DNA from: Candidatus Poribacteria bacterium
GTDB lineage: Bacteria; Poribacteria; WGA-4E; WGA-3G
Length of the DNA: 64,000 nucleotides
Direction of reading: 5' to 3'
Assembly (NCBI GenBank): GCA_965214095.1
Contig: OZ243938.1
Coordinates: 192,001 to 256,000, forward strand
Shown: piece by piece, positions 60,435 through 64,000 of the stretch
How positions within the stretch are numbered: position 1 is the first letter of the stretch
Layout: every line of letters starts with the position of its first letter
Made by a program: the position numbers and the translations under genes
The notes under the pieces: generated by a model
What the model was told of the DNA's origin: nothing
Database searches by the model: none
The model's input: the letters and a program-made list of their open reading frames with translations, nothing else

Positions 60435-61472
60435 TTACAATTTTTCTCTAAGTAAATCAATCAGTCCATCTGGTGGATTGAAAGGTAAATCTATAATCTG
60501 ATTGGTGATGCCGCTATAGTACATTCCCAATAATAAATTAAACTCAGCAAGTGATTGTTTTAGGTGTGTTGGATGAACTTTGTTTTCATCGTCCAACCAA
60601 TCAAATACTGCATCCGTAAGATTTCCTTGTGCCTGGACATCCTGCTCGGGGTAACTAAGATGACCTGATTCATAACCAGTGATTTGTGTTGAGCGTTCCC
60701 AACTGCTGAACCGCCAATGCACAAAACCTTTTGTACCTACAACAAACACACGTTTATGTCTGAAATTCGCAGGTCTATCGGAAACTTTTGCACCCATTTC
60801 TGTGCCAAAAGCAACGGAGACGTGAAGACCATTTTCATACAGAACATGTGCTGCTGCGTGCAAAGGTGATGGTTCATCTGAATCTAAACGATCTCCTCCT
60901 GAGATCTGTCCAAGTACACTCACAGGTCGAGCGTTATCAATATATGATGATACCAATTGAATTACATGAGGTCCTTGGTTTACAGCGGTATTGCGAGCAC
61001 TTGCATCAATGAATCTAATCTCACCAATTTTGCCATCTGCAACATCTTGCTTTAGTTCAATGTTTTTCGGATGGAAGTTCAGTTGTGTGTTGACAACAAA
61101 TTTTGTATGAGTGACTTCTGCTAATCCGGCAATCTGATTCCAGTCACCGCTATCAACAGCAATCGGTTTTTCAACAATTGCAGCAGGGACTCCGTGGTCA
61201 GATACCTGTTTCATCAGAGGATAACGGATATATTGATTAGTGCCGCGTAATAGTGGAGCAGTGACAATATGAAGAAGATCAGGTTTTTCTCTTTCAAGCA
61301 TCTCATCTAAATCGGTATAGCGTGCAGAGATATCAAAGCGATCACCAAAATCGTTCAGACGTTCTTCGTTCATATCGCAGATGGCTGCGAGTTTACCATG
61401 TTTAACAAAACGATAAGCACCAGCATGTCCACGTGCCCGACCACCACACCCCAATATGGCACTCTTATACAT
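60435..61472 (-). CDS. Gfo/Idh/MocA oxidoreductase, tandem paralogue 4
   Basis: 345 aa; most divergent copy (RNTAVNQGPH). Confidence 0.9.
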   Translation of the reverse strand: MYKSAILGCGGRARGHAGAYRFVKHGKLAAICDMNEERLNDFGDRFDISARYTDLDEMLEREKPDLLHIVTAPLLRGTNQYIRYPLMKQVSDHGVPAAIVEKPIAVDSGDWNQIAGLAEVTHTKFVVNTQLNFHPKNIELKQDVADGKIGEIRFIDASARNTAVNQGPHVIQLVSSYIDNARPVSVLGQISGGDRLDSDEPSPLHAAAHVLYENGLHVSVAFGTEMGAKVSDRPANFRHKRVFVVGTKGFVHWRFSSWERSTQITGYESGHLSYPEQDVQAQGNLTDAVFDWLDDENKVHPTHLKQSLAEFNLLLGMYYSGITNQIIDLPFNPPDGLIDLLREKL

Positions 61473-61518
61473 AGATGTGTCTCCTAATCATTCTATTCTG
61501 GACGTACATATAAATAAT

Positions 61519-61560
61519 AATTAGCGGTAGGTGTAAACAAACTCACTGCTACCGCTAATT
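61519..61560. terminator. Intergenic hairpin between paralogues 5 and 4
   Basis: aattagcggtag / ctaccgctaatt perfect 12-bp stem; degenerate homologue at ~58234-58268. Confidence 0.6.
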
Positions 61561-61587
61561 CTTTTTTATTAGAAATCAAAAATCGTT

Positions 61588-62625
61588 CTACAATTGCTCC
61601 CTGAGAGAATCAAATATATTATCAGGCGGATCAAAAGGTAAATCTATCATATTCTTCGTAATACCACTTTGATAAATACCTAAGAGTAGATTGAATTCTG
61701 CAAGTGATTGTTTGAGATGTGTTGGATGTACATTCTTCTCATCATCAAGCCAATCAAAGACGGCTTCAGTAAGGTTGCCTTGTGCCTCAACATCTTGTTC
61801 ACCATAGTTGAGAGGACCACCCTCATATCCACCATCGTGTGTTGAACGTTCCCAACTACTAAAACGCCAATGCACAAACCCTTCTGTGCCGACTACAAAA
61901 ACACGTTTATGACAATAAATTCCCTGATTATCAGATGCCATAGTACCCATTCCTTGTCCAAATGCGACAGAAACGTGTAATCCATTTTCATATAAAACCT
62001 GTGCGGCAGCGTGCATTGGAGAAGGTTGAGCAGAATCTAAATGATCTCTCCCTGCGATTTGACCTAAGACACGCGTCGGACGAGAATTATCAATATATGA
62101 TGATACTAACTGTAACACATGTGGACCTTGATCTACAGGAGTGCTTCGTGCACTTGCATCTATAAACTTAATGTCTCCAATCTTACCATCTGCAACATCG
62201 CGTTTTAGTTCAAGGTTCTTGGGATGAAAGTTGAGTTGTGTGTTGACGACAAACTTTGTATTCGTTTCTTCTGCCAATCCAGCGATCTGCTTCCAATCAT
62301 CGCTTTCAACAGCAATCGGTTTCTCTACAATTGCTGCCGGCACTCCGTGGTCAGAAGCTTGCTTCATCAGAGAGTATCGTATTCTTTCATTTGAACCGCG
62401 TAAAACGGGTGCGGTGACAATGTGTAGTAGATCCGGTTTCTCTTTATTGAGCATTTCATCCAAATCCGTGTATCTTGAAGAGATTTCAAATCTATCACCG
62501 TAGGCATTGAGTCGTTCCTCGTTCATATCACAGACGGCTGCAAGTTTTCCATTCTTAACAAAGCGATAGGCACTTGCGTGACCACCTGCACGTCCGCCGC
62601 ACCCTAACATCGCACTTTTATACAT
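61588..62625 (-). CDS. Gfo/Idh/MocA oxidoreductase, tandem paralogue 5
   Basis: AAGGAG SD; 345 aa. Confidence 0.9.
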   Translation of the reverse strand: MYKSAMLGCGGRAGGHASAYRFVKNGKLAAVCDMNEERLNAYGDRFEISSRYTDLDEMLNKEKPDLLHIVTAPVLRGSNERIRYSLMKQASDHGVPAAIVEKPIAVESDDWKQIAGLAEETNTKFVVNTQLNFHPKNLELKRDVADGKIGDIKFIDASARSTPVDQGPHVLQLVSSYIDNSRPTRVLGQIAGRDHLDSAQPSPMHAAAQVLYENGLHVSVAFGQGMGTMASDNQGIYCHKRVFVVGTEGFVHWRFSSWERSTHDGGYEGGPLNYGEQDVEAQGNLTEAVFDWLDDEKNVHPTHLKQSLAEFNLLLGIYQSGITKNMIDLPFDPPDNIFDSLREQL

Positions 62626-62688
62626 ATAATGTCTCCTTAGTTAGTCTATGTGAATATTGGAATAGATTATCAGATAGAGGTGATTTTG

Positions 62689-63723
62689 TCAAATGTAAAC
62701 TTTCTCGCCACTCTTGGCACTATCGTAAAGAGCATCCAGTATCTGCATAAAAGTAAATGCATTAGAAGCGTTCACATCAGGAGCGACTTCACCCGCTATT
62801 GCCATAGCAAAATGATTGAGTTCATAGAAGAAAACAGGAACATTTTCGGGAAGTTCACCGTGGTCAATTTCTATATGTTCTTCAATCGACTCTCGGCTAA
62901 ATTCTCCATCTTTAAAACGCGAGATACCGCCGCTTGTAATTGCCCCTGTTGTACCGTAGAGTTCCACAACACTCCCAGAATCAGAATGGCTCATGCGGGA
63001 ACAGTCTATCTGAATTGTTTTGCCATCTTCACATCCGAGAATACCTGTGAAATAGTCTTCAGATGCACCTTCTGGACCTTCATATTGTGGGTACAACACA
63101 TGCTTTGAAGCGAATGCCCACATCGGTTTTGGACATCCCATCCACCACCACGTCAGATTAAGTTCGTGTGAATAGTGCTGACCTAATGAACCGCCCTTTT
63201 GACCGTAAACATGTAGCCATCTATTGTTCTCGTCAAGAGGAGGAATAAAGTTGAATTTTCCAAACACACGTGCATGGTATGGCGTTCCAATGGCACCGTT
63301 TTGAATTGCAGTACGAATCTGGCGATTATGTGGAAAGTGCCGCATAAAGTAACAGAATTGGAGTGTCATACCAGACTTCTCTGCTGCTGATTCCATTTCT
63401 AATATTTCTTGCGCACGGATAGCATGTGGTTTTTGGACTAAGACATGTTTACCTGAGTCTAAAGTATCCAAGACTTGTTGAAGTCTGACATCTGGAGATG
63501 TAGCAAGATAAACTGCATCAATAACTGGATTGTCAAGAAGTTCACGATAGTCATTGTAACGGTGTGGAACTGCATTGTCATCACCTGCTTGTTTTAGTCT
63601 ATTTGGATCGCGATCTGCGATTGCACTGACGTTGAGTCGTGATGTTGCATTTGCAGATTCTATCGCTCTACAACCTGCCCATCCACATCCTACAACTCCA
63701 AGCTGGATTGTATCATTGTTCAT
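62689..63723 (-). CDS. Gfo/Idh/MocA oxidoreductase (different subfamily)
   Basis: GVVGCGWAG, HVLVQKP; GGAG before ATG 63723; the ORF-track upstream extension overlaps the next gene. Confidence 0.86.
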   Translation of the reverse strand: MNNDTIQLGVVGCGWAGCRAIESANATSRLNVSAIADRDPNRLKQAGDDNAVPHRYNDYRELLDNPVIDAVYLATSPDVRLQQVLDTLDSGKHVLVQKPHAIRAQEILEMESAAEKSGMTLQFCYFMRHFPHNRQIRTAIQNGAIGTPYHARVFGKFNFIPPLDENNRWLHVYGQKGGSLGQHYSHELNLTWWWMGCPKPMWAFASKHVLYPQYEGPEGASEDYFTGILGCEDGKTIQIDCSRMSHSDSGSVVELYGTTGAITSGGISRFKDGEFSRESIEEHIEIDHGELPENVPVFFYELNHFAMAIAGEVAPDVNASNAFTFMQILDALYDSAKSGEKVYI

Positions 63724-63751
63724 AAACATATCTCCACATTCACCCATGATA

Positions 63752-64000
63752 TTACGGTTCAACAACCTTGTAATGTTCAACTTCCCCATTTTGGATTGTC
63801 TGAATTGCAAGACTTTTTACCGGATGTCGATTTTCATCATAATGGGATATAGATGTCGCACCTTTGTAATTTTGGACTGCTGCATAAGCATCACGAACAG
63901 TAACCGGATCAAGTGAACCTGCAGTCTCAATCGCACGGGCTAAGAGACGCATAGCATCATAACCGGAGGCTGCAATGCCATCAGGTGGACTTTCATACAA
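63752..64000 (-). CDS. ABC substrate-binding protein (LivJ/branched-chain type), C-terminal part
   Basis: A.GYDA..LL..AI..AGS.DP..VRDA.....YKGAT..S.YDENR.P.K; truncated by the window edge. Confidence 0.78.
   Translation of the reverse strand: MYESPPDGIAASGYDAMRLLARAIETAGSLDPVTVRDAYAAVQNYKGATSISHYDENRHPVKSLAIQTIQNGEVEHYKVVEP

Noticed and set aside
55970-62625. Diversity-generating retroelement or CRISPR-like explanation for the repeated array
   Set aside because: The repeats are whole ~1-kb genes; variation is not adenine-specific by eye, includes an indel, and no reverse transcriptase or short regularly spaced repeats are present

Overview
Bacterial chromosomal window (roughly 40% GC by eye), with no rRNA, tRNA, CRISPR array, integrase or reverse transcriptase recognised. 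The gene content includes LamG-like proteins with a C-terminal ..KLxTTWxxLK tail, six PhyH-family Fe/2OG dioxygenases, nine Gfo/Idh/MocA oxidoreductases, a sulfatase, a WD40/TPR protein and a DUF6785-like membrane protein. This strongly suggests Candidatus Poribacteria (inference, not a database result). Housekeeping genes: minCDE, bioD, cimA, queF, pcm, thrB, uppS-like, rsgA, a larA-family gene and a HEPN/MNT toxin-antitoxin pair. Most notable observations: (1) an intact ~908-aa P-type ATPase homologue with nearly every catalytic and ion-binding motif substituted (candidate pseudo-pump). (2) An apparent operon encoding a PorV-like-barrel/SppA protease fusion, pcm, a PorV/PorP-like barrel and an FN3 protein with a T9SS-like C-terminal domain, which together with the TTW-tail proteins hints at an uncharacterised outer-membrane sorting system. 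(3) A tandem array of five mosaic Gfo/Idh/MocA paralogues with one hypervariable loop, interrupted by an Rpn nuclease pseudogene whose internal RpnS-like ORF is still intact. (4) Several families of GTAG-type REP palindromes, some nested in TIR-bounded MITE-like cassettes. (5) A PhyH enzyme with a halogenase-type HxG motif, a cimA upstream peptide and several gene remnants.
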